From assembly GCA_963845065.1 (NCBI GenBank), contig CAWJQQ010000008.1, forward strand, positions 480,001-544,000: 64,000 nucleotides of DNA, in the 5' to 3' direction. This DNA comes from Nitrospirota bacterium (GTDB taxonomy: Bacteria; Nitrospirota; UBA9217). Below the pieces are notes generated by a model, which saw nothing but the letters and a program-made list of their open reading frames with translations, was not told the DNA's origin and did not search any database. The stretch's first letter is position 1; the number at the start of each line of letters is the position of its first letter. Below are positions 22,167 to 32,339 of this stretch, one piece after another. Made by a program: the position numbers and the translations under genes.

Positions 22167-23968
22167 CCTGAATCTTGCATCAAAACGTAGTTCCCCCGAC
22201 TCGTCGGGTTTGTTTTGATTCCCGCATCTTCCGCTTACCCTTCGACAGCTTTCATTTCATCTTAACTGCCGCATTCCTCATCGCATAAGGCAGAAAAGCA
22301 CAATTCCAAGCTTCTCAGCCTATATTGTGCAAGAAATTTCTTGCACAATTGCATCATGAAGAATTTTCAGCGGGTTGCAGCCTCATAACCTCCATGTGCC
22401 GGCATTGCCACTGACCGCCATCAAGCCACGGGCGCACCTGATTGCGTAGCTGATCAAGATGCTCCATGAAGCTAAAGAGTCCTGCTACCCTGTTGTCGTG
22501 TTCGGAGTACCGCGCCTTCGTCGTATTGCCGCTCATGACCAGCTTTGTCGCGATCATGAGCAGCTTCAACCGAGCGATTTTGATGGTGTTGTCCTGAATG
22601 CCGCTCAAGGCGGTGACTGCCGCGTTATCTTGAGTGCGTTTCTGCTTCTCGCTGAATTCTGCGAGCATCTTGAACGATCTCCAACTGTTGTAGGCCAAAA
22701 GAACGATCTGAAAATATGCGTAGTTGTTCATGAACCGACGCGTGGGAATAGCCGACAGTCCCTCTCGCTTTACTTCGCCGATCTGGTTCTCGCAATCTGC
22801 CCGCTTGTCATACTCGCTGATAGCCTGATGAGACTTGCCTGGATGATTGGTGACAAATTGCCGATACGTAAAACCACCGTCTTCCAAAAGCTCAAGCTGC
22901 GTGTCTCCCTTGCCTGATTTCTTTCCCGGAATACGCATTGAGACGAAACGGCGTTCTCCCGGCCATCCCGTCGGTTTATACCAGCACTCATTGTATTCTA
23001 CGCTATCGATTTTGTGCACCTTGTACCACATCTTGGAATCAAAGGGCGGCTTGCATCCTTTATTGCCGAAGATGTACATGTGCCTTTCGTCTTCCGCAGC
23101 TTTAACCGCATCCCAACTGATGAACTCGCCGTCACCTCGAAGAATCACCTTTTTGACACAAGCAGGAAGGTATTTCTTGATGCTCTTGATCACCTCCGCG
23201 ACTTCTTTGCCAGAGATGGTCGCGCCCTTGCGAAGCTTTCCGACAAGATACTCTCGCGTCTCCTCAATGAAACCCAGGACAGGACGAAATCCCTTTTTTC
23301 CCCGGTACCGGGTATTGTGTCCCTTGCGGCCGCCTTCCTGATCGCCAAAGATGGTCTCAACTGTCGTATCAAGATTAACATGGATGACGCTGTAGCTGAT
23401 CTCGCACAATTTCCAGACCCGTTCTCGTAGCGCCGCCATCACCAAAAGCAGCGACTTCCCTTGATTGATGCCCAAGGACGCAACGTATCGCCAGTAAGTC
23501 GTCACGTGCGGCAACTTGGACACGCCGAACAGGGCGCACACCATTGGATCCGTTTGTATGTATTGAAAATGCCACAGCCGCGTGAATCCAATGAAAAGCA
23601 ACACCAGAATCCCATACACTGCTTTATAATGTCCCTGGTCCGGCGTGCGGCCTGGTGGCTGATAAAATCCCTCGAAAACCTCCTGGAACTTTACCGCGTC
23701 CATGAACTTCTCTAACGCCAGCAGTCCGCCGAAGGGTGAAAGCCGTTCACTGCAATACTCGTAGCGCGTATTAGGGCTGATTTTAGCGGGTTCCGAATGG
23801 CCTTCATTTTGACCTTGATTCATGCCGTTTTTCGCGCTATGCTTCTTTTGTCGTTTAACCATATGGGTTACCTCCTGATATCATGGGTTGTTCGCGAGAT
23901 AACCGCATTATATCAGTGTAACCTGTATGGTTTTATCTTTTTCACTCCATCAGCGTGCAGGATTCAGG
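22167..23968 (-). mobile_element. IS1380-family insertion sequence
   Basis: Terminal IRs CCTGAATCTTGCA / TGCAGGATTCAGG; 5-bp TSD TCGTA (22162-22166 and 23969-23973). Confidence 0.93.
22354..23862 (-). CDS. IS1380-family DDE transposase
   Basis: LSPFGGL, NLDTT, LRGDGEF and YDKRADCENQIGEVK motifs. Confidence 0.92.
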   Translation of the reverse strand: MVKRQKKHSAKNGMNQGQNEGHSEPAKISPNTRYEYCSERLSPFGGLLALEKFMDAVKFQEVFEGFYQPPGRTPDQGHYKAVYGILVLLFIGFTRLWHFQYIQTDPMVCALFGVSKLPHVTTYWRYVASLGINQGKSLLLVMAALRERVWKLCEISYSVIHVNLDTTVETIFGDQEGGRKGHNTRYRGKKGFRPVLGFIEETREYLVGKLRKGATISGKEVAEVIKSIKKYLPACVKKVILRGDGEFISWDAVKAAEDERHMYIFGNKGCKPPFDSKMWYKVHKIDSVEYNECWYKPTGWPGERRFVSMRIPGKKSGKGDTQLELLEDGGFTYRQFVTNHPGKSHQAISEYDKRADCENQIGEVKREGLSAIPTRRFMNNYAYFQIVLLAYNSWRSFKMLAEFSEKQKRTQDNAAVTALSGIQDNTIKIARLKLLMIATKLVMSGNTTKARYSEHDNRVAGLFSFMEHLDQLRNQVRPWLDGGQWQCRHMEVMRLQPAENSS

Positions 23969-24730
23969 TCGTAATTGCTGTTGTTTTTATGCTGACGTTT
24001 TCAGCAGGCTTCATTTTTGCCCAACAATTGACTATACCCAATACCTTCACCGCAGGCACAACAATCAGTTCAAGCCAGATGAATGCTAACTTTACTGCTA
24101 TACAAAATGCAGTAGATCCGCTGCAGGTGTCCAACTATTGGCAATTTGGGGGTCTCAATTACGCCCGCTCTACTGTTACTACAACCTGGACCCAACTCGG
24201 CATCGCCTCATCGCCATCACTTTCATTTACAAAGAGCGTGGCTGCCTCGAATATTGAGGTCTATGTAAATTCTAATTTTTATGCAGGCGTTTTCGCTGGC
24301 GGAGCTAATGGCATCGCGTTTCAAGTAGGAATTGATGGTATTGTTGGCCCAACGTTTGGAAATACTGCGTCTATTTTGACAACCGGTGCGACTGAATTCC
24401 TTTCTATTTATTCTATTTTTCAAGGCCTCGCGGCCGGGCCTCATACCGTGAGTCTATGGGCAGAAACCTCGGCAGGATCTAGTACATCAGTTTTAGTAGA
24501 TCCAGGAGGATGGGGAGGCGCAATTATTGTAAAAGAAAGCGGAATATGAGCGAAGAGTTAAAAAATACAATGTATGCGATTTTTATCCCGGTGCAGTAAG
24601 AGAGTTTTATAGTTCGCAAAAAGGGGGGTAATACACCCCTTATTGATGAAACCGTAGATTCACGGTGACATTCTCCCGCGCGGTGCGTACCTCCATCGTC
24701 ACCGTAGTCGTTCATTAATAATCAGCGGCA

Positions 24731-24766
24731 TGCCCCGGCGCCCAGAGGACGCCGGGGCACTTTTTG
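24731..24766 (+). terminator. Rho-independent terminator
   Basis: TGCCCCGGCG-loop-CGCCGGGGCA followed by a T-run. Confidence 0.7.
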
Positions 24767-24835
24767 GCTCATAGCCTTCCTTTTTGATAATTTTTTTGAG
24801 ACGCGCGCAGTTGTGCCTTGATACACGCTCCTCAT

Positions 24836-24912
24836 CGCGGGGTGGAGCAGTTCGGCAACAGGACGGGCTTATAACACGAAGGCCAGAGGTTCACATCCTC
24901 TACCCGCTGCTT
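24836..24912 (+). pseudogene. Highly degenerate tRNA-fMet copy 2 (anticodon TAT, no CCA)
   Basis: CGCGGGGTGGAGCAG 5' end, broken D stem, T-stem AGAGG/CCTCT, same upstream promoter-like context as the other copies. Confidence 0.75.
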
Positions 24913-25593
24913 ACGGGCCATCTGTTCGATCGGAGAATGTTCTTGATTGGAGGTCTGTTTGTAGTCTGCCGGACAACAAGCCGGTCATTAGGCGGATATT
25001 ATGAGTGATCAGGGCACTCTCACATCGAAATGCACTCGCGCCCTAAAGGCCCAGCGAAAAATATCAGAACCCGCTCGAGCTTCAATACCGGCAAGGCAAC
25101 TTCACACAAATAGACTTGATGCTCAAATGCTTCTTGAATGACGACATATCCAATGGCCGAATCGTAATGAATCTAAGAAAAAAACCTTATGAGGCCTTGC
25201 AGGAGTACTACTGGGTGTTCATCACGATTCCCGTGGAACCTTGACAATACATGTATGCGGGGATATACTTCTTGAAACAGTCCATTCTCAAGTACTAGAG
25301 TACACTCCTACAATCCACTCAATTAAACATATAATATTCTACTTTTAACATTATCTTTCACCTTGCCTTAGTCACTCTGTCATTATCTCAAGCATTAGAA
25401 TACAATTTATTCGATAATATATATAACATTCTGAATGTTAACGGGATCATTCGCCTTGTTTTATTCACTCTATCATTTGAAAGTAATGTGGGCATTGTAA
25501 TTTTATAAAAGGTGATAGCCAAATCTTTAGCTGCTGTTGCCTGCGGTCCAATGCATCTTGATACTGTACGACTAACTCTCACGGGAGGTTGCC

Positions 25594-27852
25594 ATGAAAA
25601 GATTTGTTGGTTTTGCATTGATAGCGGTTCTGGTGATTGGAGTTGCGATATTCCTTAGCGCCTGCACCAGCACCACCAGCAGCAGTAGTAGTAGCAGTAG
25701 TAGCAGTTCATCATCGAGCAGTGGCGAGACATCGATACAAAATAATACGCAGGGTACAGAGGCGGCTTCAGGCACCAGCGAGGGGATCAATATGGCCCTG
25801 GGCTTAACGCAGGCATTAGGCAATCTCGGCAATATCGGGCTTGACGAAGAAGGAATCCAAACGCCGCCGCCGGGCACCTTCGGCAATTTTGAACGGAGTC
25901 CGGCGATGACGAGGCTGGTGAACGTTACGAGTAAATTTGCCAAGGCACTATCGGCTGGTACTACCCTAATCGGCCTCAACGGGGCGAAGGTCCTGCAACT
26001 CTCTTCACTATCGAGTGGAACCTGTACTGACGGCGGAAATTATACGTTGGGCCAAAGCACCGACGGCGGTCTCGCCGCTCTCTTCTTCACAGGCTGCCGC
26101 GAAGACGACGTGCAGGTTGACGGCGAATACGATATTTTGATTTTCGGACCCGTAACGTCAGGCTACAGCATGAGCGTGACGCTGGGAAGTGCCAATACGC
26201 CGACAGCCTTTACGTTACAGGACTATGGACCTGGATATACAACATTGATTTCCAAGACCACCATGACAGGTCTTCCGATGGGCATCACTTTGACGCTCTC
26301 CGGTTCAACAGTGACATCGGTGAGTACTGCTATTGCCACGGGCGGCATGAGCATCTATGATGTTGCTACCAGCCAGACTTATTCCGTATCCCTCCTCCGA
26401 CTGTACGATTCCTATGCTCTTTCGTCAGGAACCACAGGGACAGCAACGACCATCACCATGAACGGCATCTTCAATGAATCCTGGCATTCCGCAATGGGCA
26501 ACGAAACCATGTCCGCAACGTTCAACAACTTTCAGCTGGTCATAGCGCCCGGCGCCTCATCAGCGGATGTCACGGAGGATTTGAGCGTCACTGGTTCGCT
26601 TAACATCATCTTCAATCCGGCAGTGTGCCAGAACGGCAATTTTACGTTTGTTACTAATACCCCGATCGTGTTTAACGATACCCTGGGATACTCGACAGCG
26701 GGCGAAGTCACGATCAATGGTGCAACAACAGTCGTATACAATGACGATGGATCTATCACGGTAACAACCAACGGCACTTCGCAAACATTCCCCAATGAGT
26801 ACGACCTTACGCAAGTATGTCCGATCGCCACACTCGGCCAGCCTGCTACGTATACGGTGACCTATAACGGCAATGGCAATACCAGTGGAAGCGCCCCTAT
26901 CGATTCAACCATGTACCAAGAGGGGCAGACCGTTACGGCACAGGGCAACACCGGCAGCCTTGTAAATAGCGGCTATTCCTTCGTTGGCTGGAACACGCTG
27001 TCTAGCGGGACCGGCACCAGTTATACGTCAGGGGCGAAATTCCTCATGCCGGCGGCAAATGTTACCCTCTACGCGCAGTGGACCGCCAACATTACATACA
27101 GCGTCACCTATAACGGCAACGGCAATACCGGCGGTACCGTCCCGATTGACTCAAACAACTACGTATCAGGACAGACTGTCACGGTGCAGGGCACTGGCAG
27201 CCTCGTAAATACCGGTCACACCTTCGCGGGCTGGAACTCGCTGGCTAACGGGTCCGGCACGACCTATACGCAGGGGCAGACATTTTCGATGCCTGCGGCA
27301 GATGTTATCCTGTACGCGACGTGGACCGCAACCCCCGTAGTAGTAGGCACCTTGCCGGCTACAGGCCAGACTTCATGCTATAATTCTGCGGGGGGTATCA
27401 TCTCATGCACGGGAGCGGGACAAGACGGCTCGTTCATCGTTAACCCGGAATCGTATACGGACAACGGTAACGGCACGGTCACCGACAATATCACAGGGTT
27501 ATTGTGGCAGCAGTGTACCAATGGCCAAAGCGGCGCTCTTTGTTCCTCGGGCACTGCCACAACCTACACCTTCTCCCAGGCGGTAAGCCTCTGCCCCAGT
27601 CTGAGTCTCGCGGGAGCTGTCTGGCGCCTGCCCACAGATTCCGAACTGGTTAACATTGTGGATTACGGGACATACGACCCCACAATAAATACCACCTATT
27701 TCCCAAATACGCAAAACACCTGGTACTGGTCGTCCACTCCCTATTTATTAAGTTCAGGGTTCGCGTTTATGGTGAACTTCGGTGTCGGCAGCGACACTGG
27801 CGAGGGAGAGGGTGTCAGCTGGTATGTGCGATGTGTCAGCGGAGGACAGTGA
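25594..27852 (+). CDS. Lipoprotein: Ser linker, large beta-rich domain, two InlB B-repeat-like domains, C-terminal DUF1566/Lcl domain
   Basis: Lipobox LSAC; YTVTYNGNG repeats; TGQTSCY, DNGNGTVTDNITGLLWQQC, WRLP, YWSST, VRCV. Confidence 0.9.
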   Translation: MKRFVGFALIAVLVIGVAIFLSACTSTTSSSSSSSSSSSSSSSGETSIQNNTQGTEAASGTSEGINMALGLTQALGNLGNIGLDEEGIQTPPPGTFGNFERSPAMTRLVNVTSKFAKALSAGTTLIGLNGAKVLQLSSLSSGTCTDGGNYTLGQSTDGGLAALFFTGCREDDVQVDGEYDILIFGPVTSGYSMSVTLGSANTPTAFTLQDYGPGYTTLISKTTMTGLPMGITLTLSGSTVTSVSTAIATGGMSIYDVATSQTYSVSLLRLYDSYALSSGTTGTATTITMNGIFNESWHSAMGNETMSATFNNFQLVIAPGASSADVTEDLSVTGSLNIIFNPAVCQNGNFTFVTNTPIVFNDTLGYSTAGEVTINGATTVVYNDDGSITVTTNGTSQTFPNEYDLTQVCPIATLGQPATYTVTYNGNGNTSGSAPIDSTMYQEGQTVTAQGNTGSLVNSGYSFVGWNTLSSGTGTSYTSGAKFLMPAANVTLYAQWTANITYSVTYNGNGNTGGTVPIDSNNYVSGQTVTVQGTGSLVNTGHTFAGWNSLANGSGTTYTQGQTFSMPAADVILYATWTATPVVVGTLPATGQTSCYNSAGGIISCTGAGQDGSFIVNPESYTDNGNGTVTDNITGLLWQQCTNGQSGALCSSGTATTYTFSQAVSLCPSLSLAGAVWRLPTDSELVNIVDYGTYDPTINTTYFPNTQNTWYWSSTPYLLSSGFAFMVNFGVGSDTGEGEGVSWYVRCVSGGQ

Positions 27853-27972
27853 GCCGATTACTGTCGCTTTGATCACTTCAAATATGGCTCTTTGAGCCAT
27901 GGATTTTCTGTTAAATCTTATCTTCGACAAGAGCAGTCGGGGATGGCATGATAAATTATTGAGGAGGAGACC

Positions 27973-28470
27973 ATGAGACACGTTTTAATTGCCATGGCAT
28001 TGACAATGTTTTTTGCTACTGGCGCTCTTGCCGCCAGTTTCACCGACAACGGCAACGGTACCGTAAGTGATGCGACAACGTCACTTATGTGGCAGCAGTG
28101 CAGCGCGGGGCAGAGCTCTACGACTACGCCCTGTGATACGGGAACTGCTGCCTATTACGCCTGGGGTTCGGGAACGACGACGTCAGCGCTAGCCTACTGC
28201 CAGGGCTTATCCCTGGCAGGCTTCACGGACTGGCGTCTGCCTAATGTCAAGGAGCTAAAATCAATTGTTAGCGTAACAACACCAAATCCGGCGATCAACA
28301 CTACGTATTTTCCGAACACACTATCCTATTATTACTGGACGTCCACTTCCATCGCAAACGGTCCTACGGCCGCATGGTACGTGGGGTTCGACTATGGCGA
28401 AATAGTGGGCGCCACTAAGTCGATTCCTGTTGCGAACGTTAATTATGTACGCTGCGTCCGTGGACAGTGA
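27973..28470 (+). CDS. Secreted DUF1566/Lcl C-terminal domain protein
   Basis: Signal peptide; DNGNGTVSD..MWQQC, DWRLPNVKEL, YWTST, YVRCVRG. Confidence 0.9.
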   Translation: MRHVLIAMALTMFFATGALAASFTDNGNGTVSDATTSLMWQQCSAGQSSTTTPCDTGTAAYYAWGSGTTTSALAYCQGLSLAGFTDWRLPNVKELKSIVSVTTPNPAINTTYFPNTLSYYYWTSTSIANGPTAAWYVGFDYGEIVGATKSIPVANVNYVRCVRGQ

Positions 28471-28689
28471 GTCGTTTGATTGGCGCTTTGGGGTCTGAGA
28501 CAAGTTAATATAAGGGGACGGTCACAGAGCAACTGTCCTATGCTGTCGCAGAATTTTGCTCAAAGCAGAGAAAATCAGGAATAATTCCGAAAATGCCCAT
28601 AAACCGGAGGACACCGATGAAACATGGTGTCCTCTGGTCATTTGCGGGCGTTTTTTTAAGGCTAAAAATTGTCCATCCCTATAATTTTC

Positions 28690-28718
28690 TTGACATTCCG
28701 GGGGGTGTGCATTAATAT
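28690..28718 (+). promoter_or_regulatory. Sigma70-type promoter of tRNA-fMet
   Basis: TTGACA-17 bp-TAATAT, 13 bp upstream of the tRNA. Confidence 0.75.
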
Positions 28719-28731
28719 GCTGTTCTCACAT

Positions 28732-28808
<77 letters not shown>

Positions 28809-28816
28809 AATCTATC

Positions 28817-28850
28817 AAGGGGTTACAGCATTTGCTGTAGCCCCTTTTTT
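28817..28850 (+). terminator. Rho-independent terminator after the tRNA
   Basis: AAGGGGTTACAGC-ATTT-GCTGTAGCCCCTT followed by a T-run. Confidence 0.8.
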
Positions 28851-29204
28851 CTAACATTTCTAACGTCCTGTTAGTGTCCTGTAGAATATTAAACGCATTT
28901 ATTATGATATTAACCTTTGAATTGTTAGGATGGGGGGAGGAGATATGATCTGACTTAAAGTGACGGGACAGAAGGTCAACCGGAAATAGTATATGTTTAT
29001 TTTAAGCTTCATGTGCAGATTTCGGTGGAGGATACTTGCCAGACGCGCCGATTCAATTCTTCCCGAATTACAATCATATTTCCATCAGTGATTCCGCATG
29101 CCTTCCACTTTACAAGTTCCTAAAAAATACCTCTCCTTTGGCAGTACACATTTCAACCAGTAAATTAGTATTGTGTCGGGCAGATTGATATCGTCACCTA
29201 CACC

Positions 29205-29602
29205 TATTATGTGAAGTTCCGCATTATGTGAAGCGTTTTCATTAAATCCTTTATTGATGCGTATTCTGCAAGAATTCACTCCACATAATAATGCCACTGT
29301 CTTTGATATCCCCTTCATAGAAGCCCATCAAATGAGACGGTGTATATGGCCTCATCACATAAGGAAAGTAAATTGAATTGGAAGGAATCCGTCGCGATTT
29401 AAGCTGCTCCGAGAGCATCTTTATTCTTGTGGGTCCGCGTGCAAGAGCGACGATCTAAAAAACTGATCAAGCAAAGTAACAGCATCATATATTGGCTGGA
29501 GCTGCCCAAACCCCATCGTTATGTAAAGTAACTTTTTTGGGGAGTACTGTGATTCCTATACCATCGCTGTTTACTTCACATAACGGGGAACTTCACATAA
29601 TA
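29205..29602. mobile_element. Non-coding element bounded by 29-bp inverted repeats (RIT-like miniature element)
   Basis: TATTATGTGAAGTTCCGCATTATGTGAAG vs CTTCACATAACGGGGAACTTCACATAATA; each end has two TTATGTGAAG motifs; internal inverted motifs near 29355 and 29519. Confidence 0.65.
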
Positions 29603-29642
29603 CTTAGGCTTCTTTCTGAAGGCCTTATTCAGAAAGAAGCTG

Positions 29643-30345
29643 GTTGGACTAAGCCGTTACGCGCCACGATGCTATGGGATTTCAACTGATTTTTCTCTTT
29701 AAAGCGAGGGTAGCGAGTACTGCATCGGCTGGGGCATAAGGCCTGTGTCGGGTGATTTTCGAGTGAAGAGAAGCGATTCAGGGCAAATCGGCAATCCCAA
29801 TTCGCAGAGAAAATGGCTTTTGGACAATAGAATATTGTTGCGAAGAACATGACTGTTTTCGGATTGGGATAATGAGGGTGTTTTTTCGGTTTGAGTGATG
29901 TTCATATGCGTGGCGGTCCTTTGCAACGAGCAGGCTGTATAATCTCCATGGTACGCATTTTTCGTTCACCACAGGCAGGACATAATGCGATGTCGATGCC
30001 GGTAAATCGGAGTAAAGCTTCTTGCCACGTTTCTGTCTTCTGTTCCGATTCGTTCTGATTGGTGCAGGCCAGAAGCTCTCTGCACCGGTCGAGTTTCTTC
30101 CTGCGGCATCTGTTCCCCAACAAGCTGTAATGTCTGATTTTCACAAACTTGTCAGGCAACACATGAAGCAGGAACCGCCGGATGGACTCATCGGCTTTAA
30201 GGGGCATGATCTTGACTTTGTTGTTATCGGAGTAGTCCCGCCACCGGAAAGAGACTTCGTCGTTTTCGAGCTTCACGAGCCGGTGATTGCTGATCGCGAT
30301 CCGGTGGGTGTATCTGCCGAGATACTCAAGAACGTCCTTGGTTTC
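29643..30345 (-). mobile_element. IS91-family remnant: transposase 3' fragment (29902-30345) and oriIS-like end
   Basis: YLGRYTHRIAISNHRL..RFLLHVLP..KIRHY..CPAC, homologous to 60571-61665; downstream end GGCTTAGTCCAAC. Confidence 0.8.
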
Positions 30346-30673
30346 GAGGGAGCAAGCAACCAAAATAAGTGGTTATTTAACTATAAAAAATATATTTTTA
30401 GTACATGTTTTAAAGGTTGTGAATTCAGGTGTTGATAAATTATATAAGATACTGAAATATTGATTTAATTATTTTATTGTTGACAAATAATACACTATTG
30501 TTGTATATTTTGTCTACGGTCCTTGGAAATATTCTCCATGCAGACAGAAATGGTTTGTTATGGCATCATATGTTTTTCGGGATTGCTACGCATGAACGTC
30601 TTTACGTTCCCTCACCTATGTCGCAAGATATTACATTAGTATACTGAGAAAAAGTTAATATTGCCGTATTCCC

Positions 30674-31834
30674 ATGACGATTGATAAATCAATATTTGGT
30701 CTGCGCTTCGGCGGTAACGTCGAACTCTGTCCAACTCAGGAAGAACTCGGAGTTTTTCTTGAGAGTCCGAAACAAATAGGCCGGCGCGAATTGAATAGTG
30801 ATGACTTGACGACATATAACAAGATGCTCAAAGATGTTTTCGCATTCGAGCATTTTCTGCGACAGAATGCAGGACCCCAGGATTGTCGGGAAATAATATT
30901 CTATGGTGTACTCAGTCATTCTGGTTTTTTTAATACTGCGCTCAAATCGGAAGTGACATATTTCAAATATTTTGTGCACTCGCTCTTAACTCTCGATTTC
31001 AAGAAGCCGGCGGCGTTCATTAAGTCCGCGAAAGAAGAGATGAGCCGGTGCAACCCGAATAAAAAAGAGAGTGCTGCCAGACTTGCCAGGCTATGCAGTA
31101 TGGTCAACGAACGGGAAATGGCGCTCGAAGCGCTCAAGAAACGCCGAACAACCTTGGCTGATGAATTAAGGCACATTGCACGATATATCAGGGACAATCT
31201 GGTCAAAATCGAAAAACTTTGTGTAACTTCGATAATTGTTCTCGTGGATCCCAACATCGCAATGCGAGAGGAAAAGCGGATTATCGAGGATATTAAAGCG
31301 TTCATTAAAGAGGATCTCAGGTATAATCTGCACCAGGGTGCGATCACACAGCAGCACCTTGAGGCCGCGAAAAAAGATGTGGACACAATCACAAGGGAAG
31401 TCTGGGCCCTTATCAGGGAAGATATCTATGCTCTAACGCGTTTATACGAAGCTATTTACGATCATGCTAAGAATATCGTGCACGAGATCGATGCTCTGTT
31501 GGCGGAGCTCGATGGTATAAAAAGCCAAAACTTAGAGGAGTCTGGAAAGCTTTTTGCGCAGCTTGCACAGGTTCTCGTATCACTCGTTTCAGATTTGCAC
31601 TTCAAACTGGAGACCGCGGCAACTCACACCGAGACGGCTCATAAAAATATCCTCCTAGAAAAAAGGAAAGAGATGCTTGGCATAATCTTCGAATTGTTGC
31701 TGAAAGAACGCAGGTCACAAGGTGATAGAAGAACATGTGCAAACAGAAGAAAATTCAAGGATTCAAGCTATAAAGGCCTTGAGCACAGAATAGGAAAAGA
31801 AAGAAGAGCCACAAAAATTCGTAGAATTGCATGA
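30674..31834 (+). CDS. Hypothetical helical/coiled-coil protein with Arg-repeat C-terminus
   Basis: 386-aa ORF; tail ERRSQGDRRTCANRR..KERR. Confidence 0.75.
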   Translation: MTIDKSIFGLRFGGNVELCPTQEELGVFLESPKQIGRRELNSDDLTTYNKMLKDVFAFEHFLRQNAGPQDCREIIFYGVLSHSGFFNTALKSEVTYFKYFVHSLLTLDFKKPAAFIKSAKEEMSRCNPNKKESAARLARLCSMVNEREMALEALKKRRTTLADELRHIARYIRDNLVKIEKLCVTSIIVLVDPNIAMREEKRIIEDIKAFIKEDLRYNLHQGAITQQHLEAAKKDVDTITREVWALIREDIYALTRLYEAIYDHAKNIVHEIDALLAELDGIKSQNLEESGKLFAQLAQVLVSLVSDLHFKLETAATHTETAHKNILLEKRKEMLGIIFELLLKERRSQGDRRTCANRRKFKDSSYKGLEHRIGKERRATKIRRIA

Positions 31835-31922
31835 CCAAAAGCCCTTCAACTCCGCAAGCCCCTGGCTTTAGACATGGGGATAGGAGTTGTATTATACAAC
31901 TATTTGCTGTATAATATGCTGT

Positions 31923-32327
31923 ATGATTGATATAAAGACGTATAAGTCCAATAATAATGTAGTTTACAGCTGTAAATATCATGTTGTGTGGTGTCCTAAG
32001 TACCGAAAGAGCGTGTTGACCGGCAGTATCGCCGGACGGTTGAAAGCAATTATCAGGGATGTGGTTTCCGAGAGAAAATCTGAAATTATTGAGATGGAGA
32101 TAATGCCGGATCACGTACATTTACTTGTAGAGGTTGATCCGCAGTATGGCATTCATCGGCTAGTCAAGCAGATAAAGGGCAGAAGCTCCAAACTGCTTCG
32201 TTCAGAATTCAAGGTTCTCCGGACCCGGATTCCAACACTTTGGACCAACAGCTACTTTGTTTCTACCGTTGGTGGGGCGCCGTTGGCCGTTATCAAACAA
32301 TATATTGAGCACCAGAAAGTTGTTTAA
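31923..32327 (+). CDS. tnpA: IS200-type Y1 HUH transposase
   Basis: YHVVWCPKYR, PDHVHLL (HUH), LWTNSYF, KQYIE. Confidence 0.95.
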   Translation: MIDIKTYKSNNNVVYSCKYHVVWCPKYRKSVLTGSIAGRLKAIIRDVVSERKSEIIEMEIMPDHVHLLVEVDPQYGIHRLVKQIKGRSSKLLRSEFKVLRTRIPTLWTNSYFVSTVGGAPLAVIKQYIEHQKVV

Positions 32328-32339
32328 TCAGGGAGTTGT

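Larger units (their letters stand above)
22146..24549 (+). pseudogene. Secreted protein (PNTFTAGTTISSSQMNANF motif) interrupted in its signal peptide by IS1380
   Basis: Removing the IS and one TSD gives MKSIKFV+IAVVFMLTFSAGFIFAQQLTIPNTF.. in frame to stop 24549; alternative start 22108. Confidence 0.85.

Noticed and set aside
23797..23968. N-terminus of track ORF 23797-24549
   Set aside because: Lies inside IS1380; the real N-terminus is at 22146 or 22108
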